From: Octopus vulgaris
Taxonomy: Eukaryota
Length of the DNA: 64,000 nt
NCBI GenBank assembly: GCA_951406725.2
Contig: OX597835.1
Location: 48,484,001 to 48,548,000, forward strand
Direction of reading: 5' to 3'
The notes under the pieces are model-generated. The model was not told the origin of the DNA and searched no databases. It worked only from the letters and a program-made list of their open reading frames with translations. This document shows, piece by piece, positions 13,800 to 27,955 of this stretch. Numbering within the stretch: the stretch's first letter is position 1; the number at the start of each line of letters is the position of its first letter. The translations under genes were made by a program, and so were the position numbers.

Positions 13800-14095
13800 A
13801 AATGTCCATCCATCCCTCTTCTCTCCTCCACTATCCTTGGTCGGGTCACGAGAGTAGATGTCCTGTTGCACCTTCTTCGTAGGATTAGAAACAACTGTCA
13901 TTACTCTTTCCTGTCGGGTTTTGAATCGAAACCAATTCTGACCATGCATATTATCCAACCACTTCGCTCTTGGCCTACCCCTACGCCTCTTGCTGGTATG
14001 GTTCGGATTCAAAAGTCCGTCACGCGATATTTTAATCACATGACCTTAGTACTGGACCTGTAACCTTTCAACGCGGAGAAATAGCGGCTGGAACT
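13800..14095 (-). pseudogene. RTE-clade LINE 3' fragment
   Basis: Translates LRVERLQVQY*GHVIK...SKRRRGRPRAKWLDN, a typical RTE ORF C-terminus. Confidence 0.65.
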
Positions 14096-15103
14096 GCAAA
14101 TATTAAATTCAGAATTTGTTTAATTGTATTTTAAATTTAATAATTATTTGAAAAATTCTTCTTTTCCTACTTTACCTAAGCCCTATGAGATTTGAAAAAG
14201 ATAAACTTATAAATATTATATTCATGTAACATTAATCGTGTCGTAAAATGCGGCTAAAAGAGGTTGAGGCAGGACTTGCACTCAGACCTCTGAAGACCCT
14301 CACCAACAACGCTACCCAAACAGACCCATAATTTGTGGGGTTATTGCGTGAGTGGTGCAAAGGCATCATCCGCCAGGATTAGAAAGGAATCACCAACAAA
14401 TGGTGGATGCAGCGTGCATGACCCCATACTCCTACTCCCACCTGATATTGGCCAAACGGCGAAAAGTATTTTGCCATTTACTTTAAGCGACGTATTTAGT
14501 GCAATACTGAAATAGTTTTCAATATTGGGATTGGGCTGTGTAAACGATAGTCCATGTGTCTTAAATTTAGATATGTTAGCAATGAGTTTCAAATACAATT
14601 ACAGATACCCTTATATTTAAAGTGGCAGCGGATCCCCATCGTTCGACAATGACGATTCGGTTGTTTAATTAACTTAATTAACTCTTCCTGAATTTGCAAG
14701 TGAGTTGCAGCGCTCTCTACAAATACATGTATTTTTAATGTGGTTCGAAAGCAGAAACAGCGTTAAACAGTCTGAGACAAACTGTGGAAGTGCGCGACCT
14801 TTTGAATTATTTCTGTCTACCTCATGTCACTGCGAAGCCATAGATCAATGACGCAGTGAGATCGAAACCAATGACAACATATTTAATACCTTTCTTGTCC
14901 TGGGTATCACACGGGATACTCAGGCTGTATCTCCCTAGCGTCCATGAATCGTTTATAATACATATATCGTGGGTTCAGATGCCACCGAAGATGAATTTGT
15001 CTTTCCTTCTCTCGACCAGGGGTCGGCAAAGTAAGTGCAATCGTTTAGCCCCTTCCCTTAAAATTTCGGGATTTATGTCTATAACAGAAAGAATTATGTA
15101 AAA

Positions 15104-16125
15104 CAGTGAATCTCAACCAAAATCCGCATGGCCCTTAAGGGTCCATATAAGATTTTTGTCATTAAATGTGCTATCTCTATAATAATCTGCTTATTCGTTC
15201 GCCCGTTATACATTAGTTAGTTAGAGAGGTGGAGTAAGAGTGAGAGAGAGGGAGTGGAGCGAAGAAAGAAGAGAGCTGATTGATATTAATTCACTTGGTC
15301 CAAATGATCACGAGGTGGTGGTGGTGGTGGTGGTGCGTTGATACTGAAAAGTTTTCTTTTTTACTGAATTAATTTTTTTTATAGCAAACATCGCATACGC
15401 ACAAGTGCAATTATTTACCATGTGCTCGCATTAAAAAATTGATATTTGTTTGTAAGGGTCAATTTAGCCTAAACTCTGGATTAACCAGAATCACGGTTGA
15501 TGGCTGACCATGAAAGAATGCACAGATATAGAGCCGGATAGAGAATATATGATAAAAACAGGGAAAAGTTAAAACTGACGGAGACGTGAGGAAACGAATG
15601 TAGACGAACGTCAAGAATATTTAAAGAAAGCTAAACCATGAATGCTATCAAAATGCAAATGACCCTTTCTTTCTTAAAGAGGTCCTCTTAATTTTTTCAT
15701 TCTGTGGAATTTGCACGGGTCCCACCAGTAAGTTTATTATACTTCTACAATAGGCAAAATATTTTTTCAATAGTTTTGGAAACAATTCCTAATATTTTAT
15801 TATAAAAAGGCGGTGAACTGGTAGAATCGTTAGCATGCTGCTAATGACATTCCGTCCGTCTTTACGTTCTGAGTTCAAATTACACCGCAGTCGGTTTTGC
15901 CTTTAGCCCGTTCTAGGTCGATAAAATAAGTACTAGTTGTGTTCTGGGGTTGATGTTATCGACTTAACCCCCACCCCGCAATTTCTGGCCATGTGTCAAA
16001 ATTTGAAACCAATATTTGATTATAAGAATATGAGATACAGTTTTTAACATCAAATGGTTATGAAGGCCTATTCAATGAAACAGGGATCATGGGGCTTCGT
16101 AGGGGGAAATGGTTGAGAGACACTG
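15104..16125. mobile_element. Non-autonomous hAT (Charlie-type) DNA transposon with nested insertions
   Basis: TIRs cagtgaatctcaacc and ggttgagagacactg (13/15); 8-bp TSD atgtaaaa (15096-15103) and atgtagaa (16126-16133) with central TA. Confidence 0.8.
15806..16010 (+). mobile_element. SINE family B nested in the hAT element
   Basis: Family head and core present; 15-bp TSD aatattttattataa (15791-15805) and aatatttgattataa (16011-16025). Confidence 0.9.
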
Positions 16126-16908
16126 ATGTAGAAGGTCCGCGTTGGAATCGTAGAAGCGATGTTTGTATTCTTGGTGATTCTGTGTTCAAATTAATCCAAC
16201 GGTCAACTTCACTTTTTCCATTTTGTTTTTAAACTTCCGTAGACTCTAACATCAAATACGAGTCAACTACTGAGGCTCGATGTAAGCAGCTCAATCCTTT
16301 TTCTCCATTGATCCAAGTAAACCCAATGAAGGGGTCACTACATGATCTGTACAGTTGCTAGAAATATCAGCCAAACCTCTCATTGAGTAATGCAGTCCCT
16401 CATAATTGATAACTCGATAGTTTTGTGTGAAATAACATTGATAACAGGTCTGCTCAAACTGTGGTGGCCTGGGGTGGGGTTAAACAACGACAGCAACAGC
16501 AACAGCTACAACAACTATAGGCCCATCCTTGGAACATTTTATGATACTTCGTCTCTGTACGCAAGAATTCCTAATCATTTTTCGTTTCATTTGTTTGTTC
16601 TGGCAACCACGCGGCCATTTTGTTGCGTTTTCTAGCGACTCAACAATTTCTCAGTAAAAACAGCCACACCACGCTGTCCTAATATGTTTATGGAGATGTA
16701 ACCCGATTCGTCCACAGTTGGACATCAATTAAGGGTGTGGCTATTACAAGGACCCTATATTAGCCACAGATGTGTGTCTGAGATTCTATTTTGAACTTTC
16801 GTTGTTTTCTTAAATGCCGGCATTCTGCTTTTGTTTCCTATAGGCCTGTCTGTCTATATGTCCCTCCCTTCTTTCTTTTCTCCGGTATGAATGCATATAC
16901 ATGTACAT

Positions 16909-16940
<32 letters not shown>

Positions 16941-18231
16941 TAATGTATATATATATATATACGAATATATGCATATATATATGCATACTTGTGTGTGTGC
17001 GTGTGTGTATATGTATGTATATTATGGGTGCATATTTATGAATATATATACATATATATATATGTCTATACTGTATGGTTATATACATACTTACACACAC
17101 ACACAAACATACGCAAATTTACATACACTCTTTCACCCGTTTCATCGTATGAGCAACGACCATGCTGGAGCTTCGTCTATTTTGTTTCTAAAAGGTAAAA
17201 TAATCCTCTTTGGCTGGTCATTAGGGACGGAGAGAATGCGATGTCACACCCGTTATTTGCTTTTGCAGCTGTGTGGGAGCATCATCTAAAACCTCGGAAA
17301 ATAGAGTGTCCAGTTGTCTCTTTAAAACATTCTTCTCCATTTCATGCAGATCTCATGATCTTCGGCCAAATATTGGAAAACTGTGAGTCTTTGGAACCTA
17401 AACAATTAGAAGATGGCGATGCAGGATATTGGTCATTTAGTAATGACAACCTTTCTGAGAATTTTATTTTTAATTCTTAAAGCAAAAGTTTGATGCAAGA
17501 CCTTTGAAGATCATTTTAAACATTTTATCACAAAATATTTTTCTCGTCTTCGTTTAAGATAATCCCTATTTGACCACATTAAAAACTTTCTAATCTACAC
17601 TGATCCCTTTCCGATGTATCTTGCTACAAAATTTACCACTACCCCATGGATCTACATACGTCGTTATTTATATATTTTACGGTGAGAATTGTGTTTTATG
17701 CCCCATTTATTGTGAGATTAGTCATTGACAAATTCTGATAGACACCAACTGAGCTCGTCGCTTTGCACGTCCTGAGTTTCAAGAAAAACACAGACAGTGT
17801 CATTTGCACTTTCTGGCTCCATGTAGAAAATCTCATTGCAGACATCAGCAAGGACAGCTAACATTTGATCCTTGGATGAATCGGGTAAAACCCCTGTGGC
17901 TTTTGCGGTGCAACGATAGTTTTTCTTTTTTGAAGTTTGTATGTCAGCTGCGGTAGGAAAACATTCTTTCTTTGGTGAGGGCCATGTGCGGATGTTATTA
18001 GTTCATACTTCTATGTTGTTTTTTTTTCGTCTAAATTACACTCGTCTAAGATTCATCTGTTAGAATTTGTCTGCAAAAGATGTAGCTGATATCCATCCCC
18101 ATCTTAAAATGTTATCATTATTATTACTTAACAAACTTTGTGTGTGTGTGTGTGTGTGTGTGCGAATGTGTATATGCATGCGTGCATGTGTGTGCACGTG
18201 TGTATCATTATTGCATTGTTGTTTATATATG

Positions 18232-18625
18232 AAGGAAGGAAGGAAGCACTCCGTCGGTTACGACGATGAGGGTTCCAGTTGATCCGAATCAACGGAACAG
18301 CCTGCTCGTGAAATTAACGTGTAAGTGGCTGAGCACTCCACAGACACGTGTACCCTTAACGTAGTTCTCGGGGATATTCAGCGTGACACAGAGAGTGACA
18401 AGGCCGGCCCTTTGAAATACAGGTACAACAGAAACAGGAAGTAAGAGTGAGAGAAAGTTGTGGTGAAAGAGTACAGCAGGGATCATCACCATCCCCTGCC
18501 GGAGCCTCGTGGGGCTTTTAGGTGTTTTCGCTCAATAAACACTCACAACGCCCGGTCTGGGAATCGAAACCGCGATCCTATGACCGCGAGTCCGCTGCCC
18601 TAACCACTGGGCCATTGCGCCTCCA
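18232..18625 (-). mobile_element. tRNA-derived SINE family C, apparently full length
   Basis: Minus strand starts ggaggcgcaatggcccagtggttagggcagcggactcgcggtc..ggtttcgattccc (A and B boxes) and ends in a (ttcc)n tail; degenerate relative at ~14640-14750. Confidence 0.85.
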
Positions 18626-19095
18626 CCTGTTTATATATATATGCGTTGCAACGGCATCCTTCGCGTCCATCAGGGTGAAGAGGTTCACTCACTCGCTACA
18701 GATTAACTACGCGAATACAAGTCAATGCCGATGACGACAACAACGACAATTCGCGTTGTTCTGACAGTAATAAACCTTATTATCTTTCTTACAGGTGTGT
18801 CAATATTTTGCTGTTCGAAAGCGCATGTATTTTGCAAAGAAACATTTCTGTAAGGTGATGAGGTAGATAGAGATGTGAGAAAGATACTAATGCTACATAT
18901 GTAGTTTTCAACGGCGCTCCACATCCCAATTTTTTACATTTATCTAAGTGACGTTGTTCGGAGATCGGCTTTTTTGTTTGACATATTTCAAATGTGCAAT
19001 GTGTCTTTTAACCATAAAATTGAAATACCATTTTGCTTCCATCAATGGAGCTTTCTGTTGAGTAATGTGAAATAAATATTAGTCAATACTAGTTA

Positions 19096-19439
19096 GAAGG
19101 CGCATGGCTCAGTGGTTAGAGCGTCGAGCTTACGATCGTGAGGTTGTGAGCTCGAATCCCGGACCGGGCTGCGTGTTGTGTTCTTGAGCAAGGCACTTTA
19201 TTTCACGTTGCTCCAGTGCACTCAGCTGTAGAAATGAGTTGCGACGTCACAGGTGCCAAGCTGTATCGACCTTTGTCTTTTCCTTGGATAACACTGGTAG
19301 CGTGGAGAGGGGAGGCTGGTATGCATGGGCGACTGCTGGTCTTCCATAAAAAAAAAACCTTGCCCGGACTTGTGTCTAGGAGGGTAACTTTCTAGGTGCA
19401 ATCCCATGGTCATTCATGACCGAAGGGGGTCTTTACCCT
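19096..19439 (+). mobile_element. tRNA-derived SINE family D, full length
   Basis: A box tggctcagtggt, B box gctcgaatccc, core tgtgttcttgagcaaggcacttt; perfect 11-bp TSD aatactagtta (19085-19095 and 19440-19450). Confidence 0.92.
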
Positions 19440-20162
19440 AATACTAGTTAATGAAATTTATTGAAATTTTAATATGAATGGAATTTCTAACGAAGAGCAA
19501 TTGTCCTTGCCTAAATTTGCCTCTCATTCCCCAAAAATTTACGAGCCACCGAGATGCTGATTGCAATGACAACAAACCTCACGCCATTCTATTGACCATT
19601 AAGTGTATTTGACAATTATGATCGCTTCACCACTCAGAATTAATTGTGCAGAATGATCAGACTTGGTTTTCTTTTCTGCTTGAAAGTTCAAATAAATCAT
19701 TTGTAAGTCAAACTCCAAATATAAAGAATTTAACTCCACAAGAGTTTGTCGTGTCATTTTTGTACCGCATTCTTATGTTTCTATCTCTCTATGAATCTAC
19801 CCCGCATATTTCTTTCTCTCCTCCCTTCTCTCTCTCTCTTTCTTTTCTCCCTTCTCGCTCTCCCTATATATATATATCTATATATATATATATATGTACA
19901 TATGTATACATACATATTATATGTGGTGTAGAAAGAGAACAGGAAGGTAGCGATTTATGCATACGTACTTGCACTCATTCACATCCACACGCATACACAC
20001 ATATGTGTGTGCGTGTGTGTGTGTGTGTGTGTGTTAATAGTTTCTGGACTTGGTCTGAATCAATGCATGATATGAGTATTTTTAAGTGTTCTGTGGTGAA
20101 ATAAATGAACATGATCAATCTCCAACAACGAAAACAAAAAATGCAATAGTAAAAATAATAGG

Positions 20163-20658
20163 GAAGAAGAAGAAGAAGAAGAAGAAGAAGAAGAGGAGAA
20201 GGAGGAGGAGGAAGAATTGGAAGAAGAAGAAGAAGAAGAAGAAGAAGAAGAAGAAGAGGAGAAGGAGGAGGAGGAAGAATTGGAAGAAGAAGAAGAAGAA
20301 GAAGAAGAGGAGAAGGAGGAAGAATTGGAAGAAGAAGAAGAAGAAGAAGAAGAAGAAGAAGAAGAAAAAGAAAGAAGAAGAAGAAAAAGAAAGAAGAAAG
20401 AAGAAGAAGAAGAAGAAGAAGAAGAAGAAGAAGAAGAAGAAGAAGAAGAAGAAGAAGAAGAAGAAGAAGAAGAAGAAGGAGAAGAAAGAGAAAAAGAAGA
20501 AGGTAAAGAAGAAGTAGAAAAGAAGTAGAAAAAGTAGAAAACGAAGGAGTAGAAAACGAAGAAGAAGAAGGAGAAGAAGAAGAAGAAAAAGAAGAAGAAG
20601 AAGAAGAAGAAGAAGAAGAAGAAGAAGAAGAAGAAGAAGAAGAAGAAGAAGAAGAAGA
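20163..20658. repeat. ~500-bp compound (GAA)n microsatellite with a higher-order unit
   Basis: Three units of (gaa)n-gaggagaa-(gga)n-agaattg followed by long pure GAA runs. Confidence 0.95.
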
Positions 20659-21128
20659 ATATTCGCAGTGAGTGGCACGCAGATGGGGAATGATGGAGAG
20701 CCAATAACTATTTAACGTAGTTAGAGACAAATGAATATTTAAAAAAAATCTTTGGTAAAAGAGATTATTGAAGAAAGATATACGAATGTGATATAAAAAA
20801 AAAAGAATCAAAGTGGTTAGATAACAAAAAGGTTAATGAAAAATGTATGCTACCAAAAGAAAACAGAGTAAAAAAAATAAAATGGCGCAGATATTGAAGA
20901 GGGAACTTTTAAGCGACAGAATCCATCTTGTTTGGTTTATTCTCTTTCAATTGTAAAAGGTAAAGATAGAAAAAAAAAAAGAATGGGAAAGAAGGAAATG
21001 TTAGGAAAAAACTTTGGAGATTTCTTATTATCTTAAAACAGATTTGCAATGGTGGTTTTATTATTTACTGTTTATTATTGATATAGTTGTTGTTTTTGTT
21101 GCATGCAATCATGAAAGGATAAATACAT

Positions 21129-21272
<144 letters not shown>

Positions 21273-21313
21273 GAATACATATAAGTATATACATGTGTGT
21301 ACATACGTATGTG

Positions 21314-21351
<38 letters not shown>

Positions 21352-21645
21352 TATGTATGTTTTCATGTATACATATATACACATATATATACATACACAC
21401 ATATATATGTGCATGTATGTGTGCATGTATATATATATTCACATATATATATATATATATACACACATATATATATATATATATATTTGAAATATATACA
21501 TACATAAACACATATGTACACAAGTAGATATTTCATACAGACGTAGATATGCATATATGTGTGTGAGCATGTATGTAAATATATAAATATACAAGCATAC
21601 ATACATACATAAATACATTTGTATGTGTGTTTTTGTGTCTGTCTG

Positions 21646-21689
<44 letters not shown>

Positions 21690-22051
21690 AGTATATATAC
21701 ATAAATACATTTATGTGTTTGTATGTGTGTGTGTGTTTATACACATGTATGATATATGCATATGTTAGTGCAAAATTGAAGGACGGTAAGTGGGAGCATG
21801 TACGTGTAGATATTCTATTCACATATACACACACAAAAATACAAAACACACACACACACACACGCACACATGATCTCACACATACAGTCATGCCAAATGA
21901 AACTATAGCTGTAAAGAGCTATGAAGATTCTAATCAATACCATTGACACAAAATATGTAACTTGAGTGTTATAACCAACGATAACAGACCTGTGATAATA
22001 CACCACCGTGGTGGCGTAGCAGCTACATATATGTGTGTGTGTGTGTGTATT

Positions 22052-22093
<42 letters not shown>

Positions 22094-22293
22094 CATGAGA
22101 GGGAGAGAGATAAATAGATAGACAGATACATACATCGATACATAGATACATAGATAGACAAACATATATGTGTGTATATATATATATATATGTATATGAC
22201 CCTTTAGAAGCGCAGTCGTATATTTATAATCGTAGCATATGTGCATGTGTATATATACATGAAGAATTTTGAGGCAATACACACGTGCATACA

Positions 22294-22358
<65 letters not shown>

Positions 22359-22381
22359 GTCTGTCTGTCTGTCTGTCTGTT

Positions 22382-22485
<104 letters not shown>

Positions 22486-22523
22486 CATATATATATACAT
22501 ATATATATATATATACATATAAC

Positions 22524-22554
<31 letters not shown>

Positions 22555-23798
22555 ACATACATACTTTTAACATACCTACATACTTGCATACATGCATACT
22601 TGTGTACGTGCATGCAAATACACACATACCTGTATTAATACACATATGTATAGGGAAGCATGCGTATATATATTCTGTGTATATCTATATTTATCTTTCT
22701 ATACAATAAATAACTCTAATATTCATATATTAACACGACCTTCCTTAGTAACCCCAGTTTTTGTATCAGATCAATTGAACAGCCATAATGCACTTTATCA
22801 CACAGAACAGAACTGCACTGTAGATAGAGATGTATTATCTCTGCACTAGATAATCACTGCTGACCTTAATCACAATCTGATCTCGTGTGAATGAGGACAA
22901 ATAATAGAGGTTAAATGAACTCATATATCTACCACACGCTTCTTTGATTTAAAATTGAAAAATATTTATAATGATAACTATAATAATTTTTACGTGGCTA
23001 TTGTATATTTAAGTTATTTTTCAATATGATAATGATTTATCCTTTTAGATTTATATTTTGTTTATAAAGGGTGCAGTCATGAGGCGGTCGATTTGTAGAA
23101 CCGTTACGGCTTCGGATGCAATAGATTTCAAGGTATTTGTTTCAGATTTCTGCGGTTTGTTTTCAAATCTCGCAAAGATGAATTCTGATTATATTTCTTC
23201 ACGAGATTCAAATTTTTTAAAAAACTGTCTATTAAGGGTGATGTATTTGTTGAACTGTTAGAGAGTTAAACGGGATGCCTTGGGGTGTCTGCTCCAGTTG
23301 TTTGCATTCTGAGATTAGATCCCACCCAAGTCTAATTTCCCTTTCCTTTTGTTTAGTGTCGATAGAAAGAAAAATGTCCAGGGGTGAAAATTGGTGGATC
23401 TGTTAGCTGTGTGACGAGATGCCTTGAGGAATCCCGTTTCTTTTTAGTTCTAACCGCAACATCGGTGATAACATTGGTACCAAGCAGTATGGGCCCTAGT
23501 CGGTGCCTTTCTCTTTGGAGAAAGTATCAACGACTTAGAAAGATAAGACTTCACCGCATGTCTTTCTGTTAGTCTTCTTCGAAAATTCTTATCCAACTCT
23601 GTACATAGTTAATGTACAGAGTTAACCGACGGAAGACATGCAGTGATATCCAGTGGGAGATTCGTTCAAGTATCCGATGGAATGCTTCGAGATATTTATT
23701 CCGTTTGTCTTCGACCTAGTTTCAAATACCTCTGAATTCAAATTCCACCTTTATCGTTTCGAGATGTATAATATAATCGTATATATTACAAACACACA

Positions 23799-23840
<42 letters not shown>

Positions 23841-23927
23841 GTATATATAAAAATTAAAAATTGTATAATATAGCAGCATTTTCGAACTTCATTTTTTACA
23901 AATATATATATATATATATATATATAC

Positions 23928-24155
23928 CCGTAAATATTAGAGAGCCAACTTTGAATATGTTAACTCTAAGTTGGCGACTTTACCGGTTGGGTCTATTTCT
24001 AGCACTTAGAGTTAACATATTCAAAGTTGGCTCTCTAATATTTACGGATAAATATGAATTTGTATCCCCGGTTTTTTGTGCTAGGTCGCTTGGTGTTAAA
24101 ATAAGGGTATTATTGAATTAGTATCTATAATTTTATTCACCCTCATTATTGAATG
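23928..24155. repeat. Asymmetric fold-back insert in (TA)n
   Basis: Perfect 44-bp inverted arms at 23928-23971 and 24004-24047 with a 32-bp spacer; right arm runs a further ~105 bp to the TA tract. Confidence 0.9.
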
Positions 24156-24186
<31 letters not shown>

Positions 24187-24191
24187 TTTTA

Positions 24192-24365
24192 ATGGAGAAA
24201 ATAAGAGAAGAAAAAACAACAACGCGAGGACGTAGCACATGCAAAGTATTAATGAGACGCTCAGAGAAGGAAAGAAAGAGTGGTTGTTTTACGTTCCGAG
24301 CATAGCATACCTTCGGCAACAGGAGACATAGGAATGTCCAAAAGAAAAGGAAGAAGGACAGTCTA
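24192..24365 (-). mobile_element. Probable Penelope-like terminus with a degenerate minimal hammerhead
   Basis: Minus strand CCGAAGGtatgctatgctcGGAACGTA resembles CTGAAGA-stem-GAAACGT; flanked by TA tracts; similar motif at 49400-49430 (+). Confidence 0.35.
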
Positions 24366-24537
24366 GGTATATATATATATAATACAGACAAAATATGTTA
24401 AAACACACCAGACAATGGATGATGCACCTAGATCGTAAGATGCATGCATTTCTTTGTCATTGCACATTGTCAGTTACGAATACGAAATTCGTCTTTCACA
24501 GCCCAGTAAAATGGAATTCTCACTCTCTCTCTCTCTC

Positions 24538-24606
<69 letters not shown>

Positions 24607-24625
24607 GTGTGTGTATGTATATATA

Positions 24626-24656
<31 letters not shown>

Positions 24657-25458
24657 GTATATATATATATATATATGTTTGTATGTATGTATGTATGTAT
24701 GTATGCAGAAAAAAGGGAGAGATAGAGGTAGGGAGAGTGTAAATTGTTTCTAACACGAAGGCAAGTTTAGAAATTTAGTGGGAATGAATAGTCGAATGAC
24801 TATTTCCCAGTTCTGTAATGTTTTGGTAGGTTATCGACCCCAGAGAAATACAAAATAAACTTAACCAAGACAGAATTTCGAAACTTGGGATGGTAACGGC
24901 TACAACTACGTACCACAACATATTTCGTACAACGCACACTCACACAAAACAATTTTTGTGAATATCATTATGTATATTTGCTTAGGTATTTGCTTACATC
25001 CATACACACACGCGCACAAACACACACACACACACACATACACACACACACACACAAACAAACACTCATGCATATATATATACATGTATATATTAATATA
25101 CGTAAATATTAATTCATATAGAGGTTCGGCTATAATCATCATCATTTTCACCTTCATCATCATTATCATCATCATCGTCGTCGTCGTCGCCATCATCATC
25201 ATCATCATCATTATCATCATCACCATCATGCCTGGGACTAAAATACGCGTCATGACGGAATGGAAGCCATATGATTGGCACCGAAATGGCTGCAAGAGAA
25301 ATTGCTACAAGTCTTCGAGTCTAAGAACATGTTCATCAAAACCTGAGCGACTACATCCATGGGTGTACATGTGTATATATATATATATATATACATGTAT
25401 ATATATGTATATACATACACATACATACAAATGGATATAAATATATGTAGTATATATG

Positions 25459-25522
<64 letters not shown>

Positions 25523-25718
25523 CATATATGTATATACATATATGTATATATATATGTATATATATATGTATATATATATATCTATATACATATATGTATA
25601 TATATATATATATATATATTTATACATACATACGTGTATATATAGACCCACATATATATTTATATACACACAACATATATATATATACGCATATATACAT
25701 ATATATGTGTGTGTGTGC

Positions 25719-25802
<84 letters not shown>

Positions 25803-26222
25803 CATGCTATGATAGTTTCCTGACACTTTATTAATCTCTGCTATTTACTCCCATGCAGAGATGATAATTCTGTCTCCAATCACGGTCGCGCAAATATGTA
25901 TGCAAAATATATATGTCGGTGTGTTTATGCGTGTGAGTGTGTGTGTGTGCCCATATGTTCGTATGTATGTGCGTATGCATGCATTCAGACATATATGTAT
26001 ATATATACCTTTATTCATATATATGTACATGCGTGTATACGGAAATATACACATACATATACTTACATACACACACATACGCATAATATATGTATGCCAA
26101 TATATATACACACATAATATATATATATATATATACATGAATATATATACACACAAACAGACACACACACAGATAGATAGATAGGTAGATAGGTAGATAG
26201 ATAGATAGACTGACAGACAGAC

Positions 26223-26311
<89 letters not shown>

Positions 26312-26312
26312 T

Positions 26313-27756
26313 GTTTCTTTATTAGCCACACACGGCTGCACACAGACGGGACAGATTACAAAGTAGAGCTTTTCTTTTTTTTTGAAAAAAAAAGTCGGGT
26401 AGGTTTTCGATCAAAAGGGATAGTGAAAATGAAAGAAAAAAAAGAAAAAAAGGAAAAGAAACAAAAGAAAAGAAAAAAGAAAAACTAAGAAAAAAAAAGG
26501 GAAAAAAGGGAAAAAGAAAAAAAGACGATCAATAGGGATCGTGTATCACAGTGTCATGATGTACGGTGTAAAGGGGGAAGCAGATAAGGTTTATCCGTGG
26601 GAAGAAAAGCCTACGGAAAAGACCACGGTAACCTCGGTCAACATTGTTACATGTTGCCACATTTGTTTGCAAGTCGGTAACCCTCTGTTTTCAATTTATG
26701 GGTTCATAGGATTATGCTCAAGGTGGCTTCATCATTCATACATGCCATCCTTGCTACATTCACCCATTTTTTTTAAAACATTCGCTAGACTAAACTTGCC
26801 TCCAATCCTTTCAGACGCGTCCACCGGATACATTCTTTCGCCATAGCCACAAGGATGATGAAAATAGCTCTTCCTTCCCGTTTGAAGGAAGGAGGCGTGA
26901 CAATATTGACGATAGACTCGGCTGATAAACCGACTCGTCGTGACAGCAGTTGTTCGACATAAGTCCACAGGTCGGAGATTGTTGGACACTGCACGAGTGC
27001 GTGCAGAACGGTTTCGTCGCTCTGACCGCATCTCGGGCAGATCGGACCCGTGTTTCTCGAGCCGTGTCTGTAGAGCTTATCCCGAACAGGTAGCGCTTCT
27101 CGGTAGCACTGCCAGGCCAAGGATCTCCGGGAGTTGTCCATGGGCCCTGGCCCGAAAGTCGTCCTGAATAGGCGGGTCAGGTATTCCCCGTCGACGTCCA
27201 GGTTCGCCCCGAACACGTCGTCGTACTTCCCCTCCACTAACCCTCTATAGAATGCTTGGGTCGTGTTGGAGTCACTCAAGGTCGACCCGGGACGGCATAC
27301 TTGCTTGAGAGCAAGGCGACACTCGCGATGCCATTCGCCCTTTCTCGTGCCTCACAAACGGCGACCACATGTTCACCGTCGTCTACGTAAAGCCTGAGAT
27401 GTTGCAGTCTCAGCGCGTGTCTGCGCATCATCAACAACGGCATGCCCAGTCCTCCTTTTAACGGATGTTGACAGCAAATGGATCGCCTGACCATCGGGAC
27501 GCATCTTTCCAAAAGAAGCGAAAGAGAATACGTTCTAGTTTGGTGATGGTAGGGTCGGGACAAGGCACGACGGTCAGGCGGTAGTAGATGACGGACGCTA
27601 TGTACGAGTTCGCCACCTCCGCCCGACCTTTTAGGGACAGTTTCCTCTCGGCCCATTGCCGGGCGAGAGTGACCACTCTACTCGTTATCTCGTTCCAGTT
27701 CTTCTCCATTTGGAGGTCCGGACCAAACCAGACCCCGAGCAACTCGACCGGACCGT
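26313..27756 (-). mobile_element. 5'-truncated Tx1/L1-clade LINE (RT C-terminus, zf-RVT/CCHC region, 3' UTR), frameshifted
   Basis: [35 protein letters not shown] and ALPVRDKL..CPRCGQSDETVLHALVQC; AATAAA at the 3' end; GATA tracts on both flanks. Confidence 0.92.
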
Positions 27757-27870
27757 AAACAGATAAATATATAGATAGGTAGATAAATAGATAGGTATAT
27801 AAATAGACAGACAGACAGACAGACGGACAGACAGACGGACATACAGACGGACAGACAGACAGACAGATAA

Positions 27871-27955
<85 letters not shown>

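Noticed and set aside
17560-17900. Possible piggyBac transposase remnant (NKWGIK..VVNF..YIGK on the minus strand)
   Set aside because: Only two short motifs amid stops, and no TTAA/TIR pair found.
18545-19170. tRNA-like sequences at ~18550-18625 (-) and ~19096-19170 (+)
   Set aside because: They are SINE heads: they continue into SINE bodies and tails, one with a TSD, and lack a proper acceptor stem.
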